This document shows, in pieces, positions 19,920-30,441 of a DNA stretch of 43,548 bases. The number at the start of each line of letters is the position of its first letter. Position 1 is the first letter of the stretch. Position numbers and translations under genes: made by a program. The stretch comes from Chrysochromulina tobinii (Eukaryota): contig JWZX01003002.1 of NCBI GenBank assembly GCA_001275005.1, positions 1-43,548 of the forward strand. Direction: 5' to 3'. The notes beneath the pieces were generated by a model. That model saw only the letters and a list, made by a program, of their open reading frames with translations, had not been told where the DNA came from and ran no database searches.

Positions 19920-22046
19920 TTATTCCCGACACTTCTGATCGTTGGGACGATCAGCCGGCACGTTACAAGCAAGATCCTTGCACCACTGATCCCCACACTC
20001 ACATCCGCTCCTGCATGCATCCCACAACCAGGGCTTATCCGACAAGTTGCGCCACTCGCGCATGCCAGTGGGCAGCACGTGGGGCGGCGGCAGGAAGAGC
20101 GAGGTGGGCCGGTCGGTCAGCGCGTAGGCCATCTCCATCAACAGGGCATTGGCCACGCCGCGCGGGTGGAGCTCGACGTCGAGGGCGGCGACGAAGGCGG
20201 CGATGGCGTTACGGCGCACCGTCGCGAGCGTGCGCACGTCGTCGTGCCATGCATCGAGCAGCTGGGCCTCTTCGACACGACACACGTTCCGCCACCCACT
20301 CGCAGCGGTGTGCCGTGTTTGGATGTTCGCCCCTCCAGCGCTGAGGAAGTGAACAATCCGGCGCCACGAGATCGTGTGATGGAATGGCAGGTTGGACAGC
20401 ATCGCGTGTGCTGGCAGACCGCCTACGACCTTGACGACCACGGGCACGCAGCCAGTCGCGAGAGCGTCGAAGAGGCGTCGGGAGGTGTCCGTGTCGCCGC
20501 GCGGTACGAAGCATAGCGCCGCGTCGAGCATGGTTCGCGTCGTGTGGCGCGAGGTCGAGCGATGGGCCGCGTGCGCGGCGGCGCGCGTGACGGTTTTGTT
20601 TTGTGCGCCGCCGTGGATCATGAGCCGAAGGCCTTTGAAGTCGTGCGGCGCGCGAAGGTGCTGCGAGATGTCGCGAACAGCTCCGCGCGCCCCAAAATCA
20701 TATCGGCCGTGATCACCATGGAAGACGAACCCGGCACGCCCGTCATCCTCCGAGGCCGCGCGGCCGACGAAGCGCCGCCGCCAAGTTTCGTCAGGCGGAG
20801 CTCCGGGTCGAGATTGCAACCTCCGAGCTTTGGGTCGAGATTGCCGCCACCAAGTCTCGTCAGGCAGAGCACGTGCTCCCGCCCCCGACGTCGCGCCAAC
20901 CGATGCCCACCATTGGCGTTGTTCTGGGTCCACGAGCAAGCTCGCGCTGTCAAGCGCACCCGCAGCACCCGCGCCAACCGCGCCCGCCTCGTGTTCGATG
21001 GCGGCCGCCGCCGTGGCATCCGCGCCTTTGGCCGGCGCAGTGTCCCCACTTGCCGTCGCTGCTGCTTGCAGCCGGCAAGCGCCGTACACAAGTGCTGCGG
21101 CGAGAACGGGCGAACCGTCTGTCTGCCGGCCGGTAGCAGCGGCCCTCGCCAGCGCACGCCGCGCGTCTCTCTTGCTTCGGCGACGGCCGCCGCTGCCGTC
21201 GCCACTGCACAGAGAAGCATGCACGGTGCACTCGGGACTTGCCACATGAGGCAACACCACCATGCGCCGAAGGAGCGGGAGGTTGTGTGCTTGTTGTGCA
21301 TGCAGTCCAGAGCGGTCGACGCCTCCTAGGATGACAGGGCCGACGTCGCTGTTCCGTCGGTTCAGCGTCCGGATCAGAGCCGTGCCGAGGTCGACCGAGA
21401 TCGAAATGCCCGTACTGAACTGGAAGAACGGCACGCGCGCCTTACGCCACCATCGGTTGGACTCTAGGTAAGAGATGAGAGCACTGAGCCGCTCTTCATG
21501 CCGGCGCAAGCCAGGCAGATTGGTGGGCGTGCCAGTCTTGTGGGTACAGCCCGAACACGCGCCGGAGGCATCGCAGCAGCGCAAGCCGTCAGCGGACACG
21601 TTCTCCTCGAGCAGGCCCCAGATGCGCGAAGCAAAGGGCATGGCTGCAAGGACGTGCCACTCGGCGGCCTCCGGATCATGGACGCGCATCGGGTGGTTCT
21701 CGAGCGCCTCGATCAGCGGTAGATCCACGAGGTACTGCGAAAAGGCGATCGGCACGACCTCTTCAGCGAGACGCTCACCGATGTGCGCCCGAAGACCTCG
21801 CTTCACGACAGAGAAATTGCAGCCGCTGCTATCGTGAAGGTAAAACTTGGGGAGCGGTCGATCGGAGGCCACACGCCAAGTGTCCGGTTCGGCAGGAAGC
21901 ACGCGGCGCTCGAGCGGGATCGCGTGGCAATTTTCTTTGTGCGGTTTGCTGTCGCCAGCTAGGAGTGCGTGCAGAGTGATGAAGAGTGGCAACAGGGACG
22001 CCCTGCTTCTAGAGGCTTTAGAGCTAGCACTGTGAAATGAAACCAT
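19920..22046 (-). CDS. Exostosin-family glycosyltransferase (GT47)
   Basis: N-terminal hydrophobic anchor; HPMRVHDPEAA, LCFVPRGDTDTSRRLFDALATGCVPV and LPFHHTISW motifs. Confidence 0.85.
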   Translation of the reverse strand: MVSFHSASSKASRSRASLLPLFITLHALLAGDSKPHKENCHAIPLERRVLPAEPDTWRVASDRPLPKFYLHDSSGCNFSVVKRGLRAHIGERLAEEVVPIAFSQYLVDLPLIEALENHPMRVHDPEAAEWHVLAAMPFASRIWGLLEENVSADGLRCCDASGACSGCTHKTGTPTNLPGLRRHEERLSALISYLESNRWWRKARVPFFQFSTGISISVDLGTALIRTLNRRNSDVGPVILGGVDRSGLHAQQAHNLPLLRRMVVLPHVASPECTVHASLCSGDGSGGRRRSKRDARRALARAAATGRQTDGSPVLAAALVYGACRLQAAATASGDTAPAKGADATAAAAIEHEAGAVGAGAAGALDSASLLVDPEQRQWWASVGATSGAGARALPDETWWRQSRPKARRLQSRPGAPPDETWRRRFVGRAASEDDGRAGFVFHGDHGRYDFGARGAVRDISQHLRAPHDFKGLRLMIHGGAQNKTVTRAAAHAAHRSTSRHTTRTMLDAALCFVPRGDTDTSRRLFDALATGCVPVVVKVVGGLPAHAMLSNLPFHHTISWRRIVHFLSAGGANIQTRHTAASGWRNVCRVEEAQLLDAWHDDVRTLATVRRNAIAAFVAALDVELHPRGVANALLMEMAYALTDRPTSLFLPPPHVLPTGMREWRNLSDKPWLWDACRSGCECGDQWCKDLACNVPADRPNDQKCRE

Positions 22047-22124
22047 GGGTGTGAATGTATATCTGTGTGAAACTTGCCCGATTTGGTACGTGCTCTGTGC
22101 AGCGGAACGTGGAGAACGTACATG

Positions 22125-23850
22125 TCACCAGGTCCGAAAGTCAGGAGTGCTGTACAGCGCCTGCCGCATCTCACGCAGGTACGGATCGAGATCGAGCCTG
22201 CGGGTACACATTGCAGGGACCTCCCGTGTCCGCCACGAGCACACTGGACGACTCCGCGCCGCTAGCCGGTCGCATGCACTACGTCCATTCGGCGTGAAGC
22301 AGTTGTGACCGTAGATTTCGATCCGGACCGCTGCCTGATCGAACTGTTTCGCCCATCGGTTACTACCGAAGACGGCATCGCAGGATGCATTGCCCTTCCC
22401 ATCAGTGGTGCAGCAGGCGGGAGACGCCCCGCCCGCGTTCGCCTGCCCATCGCCGCCCTTTGCGAGCCGAGGCGTCTGCGAGCGGCGCCGCTTCAGGCTC
22501 GAGATCTCATGGCTCGAGATCTCATCGGACTCCACTGTGCAGATTCGGTGGCCCATCCCCAGCCGCGCGCCCAAGACGGCGCCCATTGCGTCGCGCTCGA
22601 CTAGGGATGCTGACCGTTGAGGATGTGCCACGAGCCGGCCAGCCTGTTGGAGTGACTTGCAGCTCAGCCGGGGCGGGAACGAGCAGTGGAGCGATCCAAA
22701 GGCCGCATGGAGCGCAAGCAGCCGCTGGGTGGCCTTATTAGGGTTGTGCACAAGCATGGCGGTGCGTGTCATACGTAAATCCCACGCGTCCACGTGTAGT
22801 TTGCGACCGGTGCTGTCGAGCAGCGTCACGTAGGTGATTGGCGCCGGCGGCGGAAAGCGATGCAGCAGCGAGCCTAACCACACGTCTTCCATCACCGTCG
22901 TCTGGCGCTCGCCGGCTTTGTCTGGCAGTGAGGCGGGGTCAAGAGCACGCATCGCCTGCATCTCCAACTCGAGCTCGTCAGCGGCAATCACTGGCAATCA
23001 GTGGCAATCAATGGCGATCAATGGCGATCAGTGGCAATCAGTGGCAATCAGTGGCAATCACCTGCATCTCCGCCTCGAGAGATGGACTGAATGCGACATG
23101 ATCAATCGCAATCAATCGCAATCAATCGCAATCAGTGGCAATCACCTGCATCTCCGACTCGAGAGATGGGCTGAATGCGACACTGGCGAGGAGCGGCTGT
23201 GAGAGCACGATGAGAAAGCCCGACGCAAAGATGAACGGGCCAATGCACCGGCCACAGCCCGATGGCCCGCACGCCTTCAGGTGCGCCGGCAGAGTCAGAT
23301 CGTTCGAGCGGCACCACTTGCCCACATTCCAGGCTTGATTCAGGCCCCACGCGTGCATCGTCTTGTCGAACAACCTTGGATAGTAAGTGAGCACGCCGAG
23401 GTATACGTATGCCGACGGGCTGACCCCAGCATGCACGTGCCGCAACAGCGCGGAGAGGTCGGGGATGTGGAGGTATGTGTCGTCGTCGATCTTACCGACA
23501 AAGCGGGCATGCCGCAGCTCATGGGAAGCATAGGACAGCCACCACCCCAAACTTAGCGTGGGTCCACGCACACGGGTTTCGTTCCACACGATAGTGTTGG
23601 CAAGCAGCATGTCACCATACACAGCGCTCTCGCGCTCGGCAGCCAGCATCAGGGGCTGTGGCATCATCCCGGTGCGCATGATGAACATTGCGCAAATGCT
23701 GCCTGACGGCCCAACGTCATCGGAGGTCATCCAGGTCAGCCGCTGAGCCATGCGGCGCGCCGTGTACTCCGGCGGTGAGATGCTGCCCAGCGCGAGGAGT
23801 AGGTCATGCTGCCGGCACGGAGACGCCAGCTGAGGGCCTCCTGGTCGCAT
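22125..23850 (-). CDS. GT31-family (beta-1,3-galactosyltransferase-like) glycosyltransferase; exons 23850-23146 and 22955-22125
   Basis: RRMAQRLTW, ESAVYGDM, FVGKIDDDTYL (DxD) and GPFIFASGFLIVLS, then EDVWLG after an in-frame phase-0 intron. Confidence 0.8.
22956..23145 (-). other. GT31 intron (190 nt) made of ~10-nt CTGATTGCCA/TTGATTGCGA repeats and two copies of the upstream exon end
   Basis: CAG|GTGATT...ATGCAG|GCGATG; internal exon-end copy at 23062-23098. Confidence 0.85.
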
Positions 23851-24193
23851 GTGACCGGTAGCTGCCGAACGCGTGAACGTTAGAATTCCTAAACAATCGA
23901 CTTGCGCGACTACAGGGGGTGCTTAGCACACGGCACACCCCTCTACGCAACGATCAGTGTGCTCTTCACGTTCTCCTAGGGTCGGGCACGGGGGACAGGT
24001 CGTACCTGCTCGTGGGCACGGGGGGCCAGTCATGTGAACTACCGGCATGGGGCCGATAGATGTAGCGTGGCTGGGTCGGGGGGTGGGTCCGGATCCTTGA
24101 AAATCCTCGCCGGTGTGTTAGTCCACCGGGCGACGCGACCGCAGCGCCAGTCTGTGTTTCGTGTGGTAGTGGCTGGTCGGTACCTTGTGTGTC

Positions 24194-24215
24194 GATTCAA
24201 CTGACCCTTTCTCAA
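24194..24215. promoter_or_regulatory. Recurrent 22-nt motif GATTCAACTGACCCTTTCTCAA (copy in GT31/PGPGAY divergent intergenic region)
   Basis: Identical copy at 36354-36375; 18/20 reverse-complement copy at 8497-8516. Regulatory role is inferred. Confidence 0.45.
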
Positions 24216-24374
24216 CAAGATGTTTTGGAAGGAAGGTTGAGTGGAGCCGCTCCGGGCGTGTGTGGAGCCGCTCGAGGCAGAGCAGCTCGACACCCCAAAG
24301 ACACGGGAGGTGGCGGCCTGGCGAGCGTGCCGTCGTGTTCCCGTGACTGTGACCTACACGCGTGACGGCTCGTG

Positions 24375-24754
24375 ATGCCCGATCCGTCTGCATCATTTAA
24401 GTCGCCGAAACCCGAGTCGCCAAAACCGAAGGTCAGGTCGTCGCCGGGCCCCGGAGCTTGTATGCGATGACGCGAACCCCAACCCACGATCGCCTCGTTT
24501 CGGACTGTCCCTCTTACTGAGCGCGGGGTTTTGTTTCCGTTGCAGATGATCCACAGCGGACCCCGAGCGGATCCGTCAGCAACCTCGGAGCCCGCCAGAA
24601 GAGCGCAAACACCTCCTCTTTCAAGTCGTCGTCCAAGCGCGGCCTTGAGAAGGAGCTGGTGAGTCTAGGGAACAAGCTCAAGGGCCTCGACCCAGGCAGC
24701 TACTCGCCAATCTCGGACCGCTTTGGCAAGAAGGCAGCATGGGTGACATTGTGA
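24375..24754 (+). CDS. Small SHIPPO/STPG (PG-rich repeat)-like protein, 97 aa; exons 24375-24459 and 24546-24754
   Basis: Splicing of an 86-nt GTATGC...TTGCAG intron creates SPGPGAYDP; second motif DPGSYSP; SFKS motifs. Confidence 0.7.
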
Positions 24755-25275
24755 CGTTGTGGCTTGAAGCATTGCACATGGACCTCTATGCATGCCTCTC
24801 TCTTGAGCACGGTCGCGTCCAGGATGAGCGCGGTCTCGTCCCCGCGATCGGGAGTCAGAACGTCGCCACGCGCCTCGCCTGTGGAAGGTAGGTTCTCCTC
24901 CAGCGTGCACGCGACGCCACGAGGAGAATGACTCGAGTCACCTGTGCCTTCCGGCCTTGCAGCCTTGTGACAGCCTTGTGGCCTTACATAGTATTAACTC
25001 AACGTTAGCTCAGAACCAATCCGGCACAATCATGTAGTATCATGGATATATACTAAGAGGAATCCTTTTCGTAAAAAACTTTAACTTAATGGTCCAACGA
25101 ACCGCCCCCTGCCAAGCCTTGAAGGGGGAGTTCTAGCCGCCCGATGGTCGCCCGCCTCGTTAGGTACGGTCCGGTGAGACAAAGAAAAACTTTTCTCAAA
25201 AACTTAATAGTCATCATCACAGTTTCATTCTATGAACAGTATAACCAACGCTTTGAAGTCCCATTTTCTGCGAAG

Positions 25276-28200
25276 ATGGCAGTCCATCTGTTCCTGCGCG
25301 GCTCTCTCGGCGCCGACGCGGAGTCGGCCCTGATCAAATCCATCCTCGAGCGCCACGGGCACAGCTACGTGGTGCACGACGTGGTCAATCATCCCTCTTC
25401 GGCGGAATTCATGAAGCGGCGCTGCGGTACTGGCGTGCTCTCGCTACCCCTTCTGCTTGTTGGGAAGCGCACCGTGTGGACAGCATCGGACATGCCGCCG
25501 CTCGAGGCGACTGGAGAACTGCAGCGCATGCTCGCCGCGGCGAAGACGGCCCATCGCGCCCGCGACGAGTACAAGATGGGCCTCAGCTATCTGTCGGGCA
25601 CCGGTGTGCGCAAGGACCCTTTTGCGGCGATCGATTGGCTGCGGCGCGCAGCAAACCGCGGTGACGCGAAGGCCATGGCCGCGCTGGGCACGTTGCTGGT
25701 GAGCGGTGAGGCGGGCGTGGCCGACGAGGGCGAGGCTGGCCGCTGGTACGACGCGGCCGCACGCAAGGGCAACCGGTCGGCGCTGCTTGCGCTCGGCTTG
25801 CTGCGGCTGCGACAGGCGGATCACGCGCCGGAGGGCGCGCGCAACATGCTCGATCACGCTGCACGCTGCTTCCAGCAGGCGGGCGAGGAGGGCGTGGCGG
25901 ATGCGTTCGTGTGGTTGGCCCACGCGCAGGAGAAGCTGGCACGCATCGACAGGGGCGCCAAAACGGGCGGCGGCGAGGGCGAGACGTTCATGGAGACGAG
26001 CGCGGCACGTCAGCAGCGGCGCGTGTTGTACGCCAAGGCCGCGGCCTGTGGGAGTGCGCATGGCTCCTTCCGGCTCGCCCACTCGCTCGCGCGTGGCCGA
26101 CTGCCGCCGCATCCGCACGCCATCATGAGCCCAGAGATATTGAACGGGCTGCAGGCGGCGACGGCTTCGGGTCACGCGGCGGCAATGTTCGTGTACGGGT
26201 GTGCGCTGCTCCTCGGCCATTTGGAGGACACGCCCAGCCGTCTACCGCCCCCGCCTCTCGAGGAGGGGTTGGTGGCGCCTCACAGGCGTCGCAAAGCCGA
26301 GATAAAAGCCGAGATTGAGAATGGGCATGCAGGTGAGGGCGAGGGCGAGGGCAAGGGCGATGGGGTCGACCTTGGGGCTGTGGTGCGATGGTGGGTGGCG
26401 AGTGCAAGCGCTGGGCACGTGGCTGCGCTGTCAGCAATCGGCCAGGCCCTCTTGAACGGTCTCGGGCCGATCCGCCTCGGTGCTGCGGCCACTCTCAGCT
26501 CCAGCGCGGGGGCATTGGCTGTCGACCGCACCGGTGAAGCTGGTGCGCCTCACGGTGAAGCCGAGATAAAAGCCGATGAAGCTGGTGCGCCTCACGCGCT
26601 CGCCGCCGCCACGGCCCCCGCCGCACGTCCACCTCCCTCCATGCCGCCGCCACTGCCGGCGAATACGTTGCAACTGCTCCGCAGCGTGGTGCAATACGCA
26701 GAGCACACGCCACGCGCGGCGTCCGCACTCGCTGGCGACGCGCTCGCGTCCGTGGCGGCGGCGCCAGCACCCACGCTGCTGGGCGCCGCGCCGCAAGTAA
26801 TTAGCATCTCTTCCAAGGCGGGCGCAAAGGGCAGGCGCGCCGCAGTGGGCACCTCTGTGAAGGGACGGCGCGCCGCAGCGGGCACCTCTGTGAAGGGACG
26901 GTCATCAACAGCCGGCAGTGGGGGTGCTCACGTGCCCACGATAGCTCAGGATTATGCCGCAGCGATGGCCATCAACAGCGCCGCCGCCGTCGCTTCCCGG
27001 TCAAGCACCAACGCTGCGGACGGCGTTGGCGAGGTTGCGGGCGGCAATCAATATCCCTTGGCCGCAGTGACGGTGGCGGGGCGCGTGGCGGCAGCGGCCA
27101 AGGCGGCGGCGCTGCTCGACGACGAGGCGCGTGCGTTTCATCTCTTCGAGGCGGCAGCACAGCAGGGCGACGCGGCCGGCATGGCCGGCCTCGCCGAGTG
27201 CTTCCTTTACGGCCGCGGCGGCGTGAGGCGTAACGTCGACGTGGCGGTCGCCTGGTTCGCCATCGCCGCTGCCAAAAAGTGTCCGCGCGCCATTGTGGAA
27301 TGCGAGGCGCTTACCATGGCGTACGGCGCGGGCACCGTGCGTCGCTCGCGCCCTACACAGCGCGTGCTGCTCGCCACCATCGGACGCGGGTCGAAGCTGT
27401 ATACCATCGCGAAGCGCTGCTACGAGGAGGGGCGTGGCGGCGAGGGGCGCGACTCGGACGGCTTGAGGCTGCGCTGGGCGGCACAGATCCTCAATTGGTG
27501 CGTCCGAAAGGGCGAGGCACGCGCTCTTGTGGCCCTGGGCAAGTTACGCCTCGAAGGAGCAGGCGTCACACCCTCGACCGAAGCGGCGGCCACCCTCTTC
27601 GAGCGCGCCGCCGAGCACCAGCACGGTCCCGGTGCGCTCGCGCTCGCACGGCTCCATTGGGAGGTCCGGGGCGACGTCTTTGCGGCGTTCGTGTGGTTTC
27701 GCATCGGCGCGGCGCTCGGGGCGACGGCGGCGACGGCGCCCCTGGCGCAGCTCGCTTCGACGCTACACCCGTCGCTCGCTGCCAAGGCTGAGCTGCGCGC
27801 GGCCAAGTGGCTCAAGCTGCACACGGGGTTGGCCGAGATGCCGCCGCTCGCCTCCAAAGAGACACCTCTCAGGTATGATACGGCGGCGGCGCCCCAAGCG
27901 GCCATCGGTGCCGCACTCGCCATCGCGGCAAATGCCTACGCCGCCGCGCAGGCGCCGGTGCCGCCACCAGTGCCGCCACCGGCGGCGCCACCTCCTCCTC
28001 CGGGCGTCTTCGCTGCTGCTCGGGATCTGGCCGACTCTGTCGCGCCGTCGCGCACCGTATCTGCGATGGCTCCTGCGGCTGTGCCTTTGCGCACCGCATC
28101 CACGATGGAGCCTGCAGCCGGTACGCCTCCCGCCCACCCAGTGACTGCGCTCGCTCCCGCCTCCAAGCGTTCCGAAGACTCCGGATACAGCTACGGGTAC

Positions 28201-28791
28201 GAGGACGACGAGGAGGGGGCCAAGCCGGTAGCGCCTAAGGCGGCGGCACCGCTGCCGCCGCCGCGCCCTGCGACCCGGGCGCCACAGGCTGCTGCGGCGG
28301 CGGCATCAACGGCGGCGTCAACGGCTGCGGCGGGCGCCGCGGCGGGAGCCGCGGCGGGCGCCGGCCCTGCGGCTTGGGCGCCGCCCGCCGCCAAGTCCTC
28401 GGATGGCAGCGATGACGACGGCTACTACTCTGGATCTTACTACTCTGACGAGGACGAGGACGATGCCCCGGGTCAGCCGGGGGGCGCTCCGCCGCTGTCC
28501 ACCGCCGGCTACTCGCCCTACGGCATCGCGCCGCCGGCAAAGGCCGAAGCGCGCGGTGCTACTGCCAAAACATATAGCTACAATAGCGAAAGCTACCGCA
28601 CCGGCTACAGTGCCGGCACGGACGGGCCGCTAGCCGGCGTCGTCGACCGTCAGAGTAAGAGCGCCTTCGCCGACTTCACGGGCAAGCAACAAGACGATGC
28701 CGAAGCTGAGGACGAGGTCGCCCACGGAAAGGATGTCGTCAACCTCGCAGACATCGCCTCAAGCGACCTCTACGATTACTACGATGATTGA
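25276..28791 (+). CDS. Sel1-like repeat protein with N-terminal glutaredoxin-like domain and low-complexity acidic/Tyr-rich tail
   Basis: Repeats such as YKMGLSYLSGTGVRKDPFAAIDWLRRAANRGD and LAECFLYGRGGVRRNVDVAVAWF. The N-terminus has Grx-like spacing ...LPLLLVG...TGELQRML. Confidence 0.8.
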   Translation: MAVHLFLRGSLGADAESALIKSILERHGHSYVVHDVVNHPSSAEFMKRRCGTGVLSLPLLLVGKRTVWTASDMPPLEATGELQRMLAAAKTAHRARDEYKMGLSYLSGTGVRKDPFAAIDWLRRAANRGDAKAMAALGTLLVSGEAGVADEGEAGRWYDAAARKGNRSALLALGLLRLRQADHAPEGARNMLDHAARCFQQAGEEGVADAFVWLAHAQEKLARIDRGAKTGGGEGETFMETSAARQQRRVLYAKAAACGSAHGSFRLAHSLARGRLPPHPHAIMSPEILNGLQAATASGHAAAMFVYGCALLLGHLEDTPSRLPPPPLEEGLVAPHRRRKAEIKAEIENGHAGEGEGEGKGDGVDLGAVVRWWVASASAGHVAALSAIGQALLNGLGPIRLGAAATLSSSAGALAVDRTGEAGAPHGEAEIKADEAGAPHALAAATAPAARPPPSMPPPLPANTLQLLRSVVQYAEHTPRAASALAGDALASVAAAPAPTLLGAAPQVISISSKAGAKGRRAAVGTSVKGRRAAAGTSVKGRSSTAGSGGAHVPTIAQDYAAAMAINSAAAVASRSSTNAADGVGEVAGGNQYPLAAVTVAGRVAAAAKAAALLDDEARAFHLFEAAAQQGDAAGMAGLAECFLYGRGGVRRNVDVAVAWFAIAAAKKCPRAIVECEALTMAYGAGTVRRSRPTQRVLLATIGRGSKLYTIAKRCYEEGRGGEGRDSDGLRLRWAAQILNWCVRKGEARALVALGKLRLEGAGVTPSTEAAATLFERAAEHQHGPGALALARLHWEVRGDVFAAFVWFRIGAALGATAATAPLAQLASTLHPSLAAKAELRAAKWLKLHTGLAEMPPLASKETPLRYDTAAAPQAAIGAALAIAANAYAAAQAPVPPPVPPPAAPPPPPGVFAAARDLADSVAPSRTVSAMAPAAVPLRTASTMEPAAGTPPAHPVTALAPASKRSEDSGYSYGYEDDEEGAKPVAPKAAAPLPPPRPATRAPQAAAAAASTAASTAAAGAAAGAAAGAGPAAWAPPAAKSSDGSDDDGYYSGSYYSDEDEDDAPGQPGGAPPLSTAGYSPYGIAPPAKAEARGATAKTYSYNSESYRTGYSAGTDGPLAGVVDRQSKSAFADFTGKQQDDAEAEDEVAHGKDVVNLADIASSDLYDYYDD

Positions 28792-28871
28792 CTGCGAGAA
28801 GAGGGTCGGTGAACACGATTTGTTTCACCACCCTTTGACGAAACCGGATTGCGAACAAGAATCCCTTTTAG

Positions 28872-29435
28872 ATGGCGACTCATTCCGTCGGCATCGCATT
28901 GGCTCTTGCGCTTGCGCTGCGTTCCGTGGACGCCTTCATAGTAATAACCCCTTTGACATTGGTTCCACGTCGCGCTTCGGGCACTGGCATGGTGTACCGC
29001 GACGATGTGTGGCTCAACAGTCCAGAGCGGCAGCCACTTTCTGGTGAGTCGCTGGACGTGCTCTTCAAATACGGCCCTATCATCTACCGCGCGAGATGCT
29101 TTGACGCTGAAGAATACGATGCGTCCGTTTGCAAGCTGATGGCCAGATACCCGAAGGCCTCCCGGGCTCTTGCGGAGCAGGAGATCCACGAGTTCTTGTC
29201 AGACGCCAATGGCTACCTGGCAAAGACGACGGCGCGTGACTACAAAGGACCGCAAGAGACCTCTTTGAAGCCGCCCGTTGCACTCGCCGACAAGCTTCTG
29301 GTCCTCGCGTGGGTCCTCATCCTCGTTCCAGCCGTAGGCTGGCTCGTCACACTCAGCATGGCAGCGAGTACCAACATGCCTTCCGACCAGCTTGCAGATG
29401 ATTTCTTCAGAGAAGAGATACTGAGGAGGCGCTGA
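28872..29435 (+). CDS. Hypothetical protein with signal peptide and C-terminal transmembrane helix (possibly plastid-targeted)
   Basis: MATHSVGIALALALALRSVDAF signal with AF cleavage-like site; hydrophobic LLVLAWVLILVPAVGWLV. Confidence 0.65.
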   Translation: MATHSVGIALALALALRSVDAFIVITPLTLVPRRASGTGMVYRDDVWLNSPERQPLSGESLDVLFKYGPIIYRARCFDAEEYDASVCKLMARYPKASRALAEQEIHEFLSDANGYLAKTTARDYKGPQETSLKPPVALADKLLVLAWVLILVPAVGWLVTLSMAASTNMPSDQLADDFFREEILRRR

Positions 29436-29690
29436 CGTTGAGTGCGAGTCTGAGATAGAGCCGAGTTCGCATGCGCGTGCAGTTTTGGCAAGGCGAAGCG
29501 CGTGCCTGTGGCACGTGGGCGCCGCTCAGTCGCGGCGCGGCGCGGGCGCGCGGGTTGGGGGCGAGCAGCCCCGAGCCGGGGACCCGGGAGCGGGCGCGCG
29601 ACGTGACGACGGGACTCGTGCGTGTGTGGAGAACATGAGTAGTAGTGGCGCATGCAACAATACGAGAAAGAGAGTCCGATCCGCGCATCA

Positions 29691-30178
29691 TCATTTCCCG
29701 CCGCCCTTCTCCTTCGTCTGAGCGGCTTCGCGACGCGTCGCATCCTGCAGGAGCTCGGTGTCCACCTCAGAGGCTGGCAGCTGCACGTATTTAATGACCG
29801 AACCTCGGATGAAGCAATTCTTCACCGACTGCATGTGCGGAAATTGCGCCACGTCCTCGACGCTGATGTTCAGCAACTTTACGTTCAAGTACTGGTCAAC
29901 TGAGTGCAGCGTGCCGCGGATTGATAGGTCTGCGAAGTCAAATGTCCGAGCGCACGCGGCATGAGTTAGTCAACGAGCTGCGAATCGCAGTGCAGAAGCG
30001 GCGCCAATGTACGGCGAAGCGCTATCGGGCGCTCAAGCAGGGGCCGTTGGGGGAATGAGGAGTACGCTAATTCTGCCGCTGTTTCTGCAGTAGGCACAGA
30101 GAGATGACGCTCACCATTCTTGAGCTCGACGACGATCTCCTTGCCGACGAGTGTCTTGAAGAAGGAGTAGAAGAGCAT
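29691..30178 (-). CDS. LSM2: U6 snRNA-associated Sm-like protein LSm2; exons 30178-30115 and 29929-29691
   Basis: MLFYSFFKTLVGKEIVVELKN-DLSIRGTLHSVDQYLNVKL...NCFIRGSV...DTELLQDATRRE after removal of a GT-AG intron; 100 aa. Confidence 0.97.
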
Positions 30179-30441
30179 GGGCGCTTGCCGCGGGCCTGCC
30201 CACTCGGCTGCTGCTCCTGCTGCTCTCACGCGCGCGCGCGCTGTCTGTCGAGCGTCGCGAGTCGGCGAATGCGAGGTGTGAACGAGCTGTGAACGAAAAC
30301 AAACACATGTATACATGTAATAAAGAAGAGTTCAGTTTTGTAAGCCGTGCATTTCACCCACGTTCAGTTTCACGGAGGAGGATTTGCGAGCGGCTTCGCG
30401 AGGGGCGCTTCGCGCCGAAGGACGCGCCTTCGCTCCAAGGA

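Noticed and set aside
22984..23144. Regular ~10-nt repeats with spacer-like blocks, superficially CRISPR-like
   Set aside because: Units are too short, the blocks are exon copies, the locus is a eukaryotic intron and there are no cas genes.
25099..25136. ccccct...aggggg hairpin followed by CTAG (Helitron-like end)
   Set aside because: Short stem, no matching 5' end and no second copy in the window.
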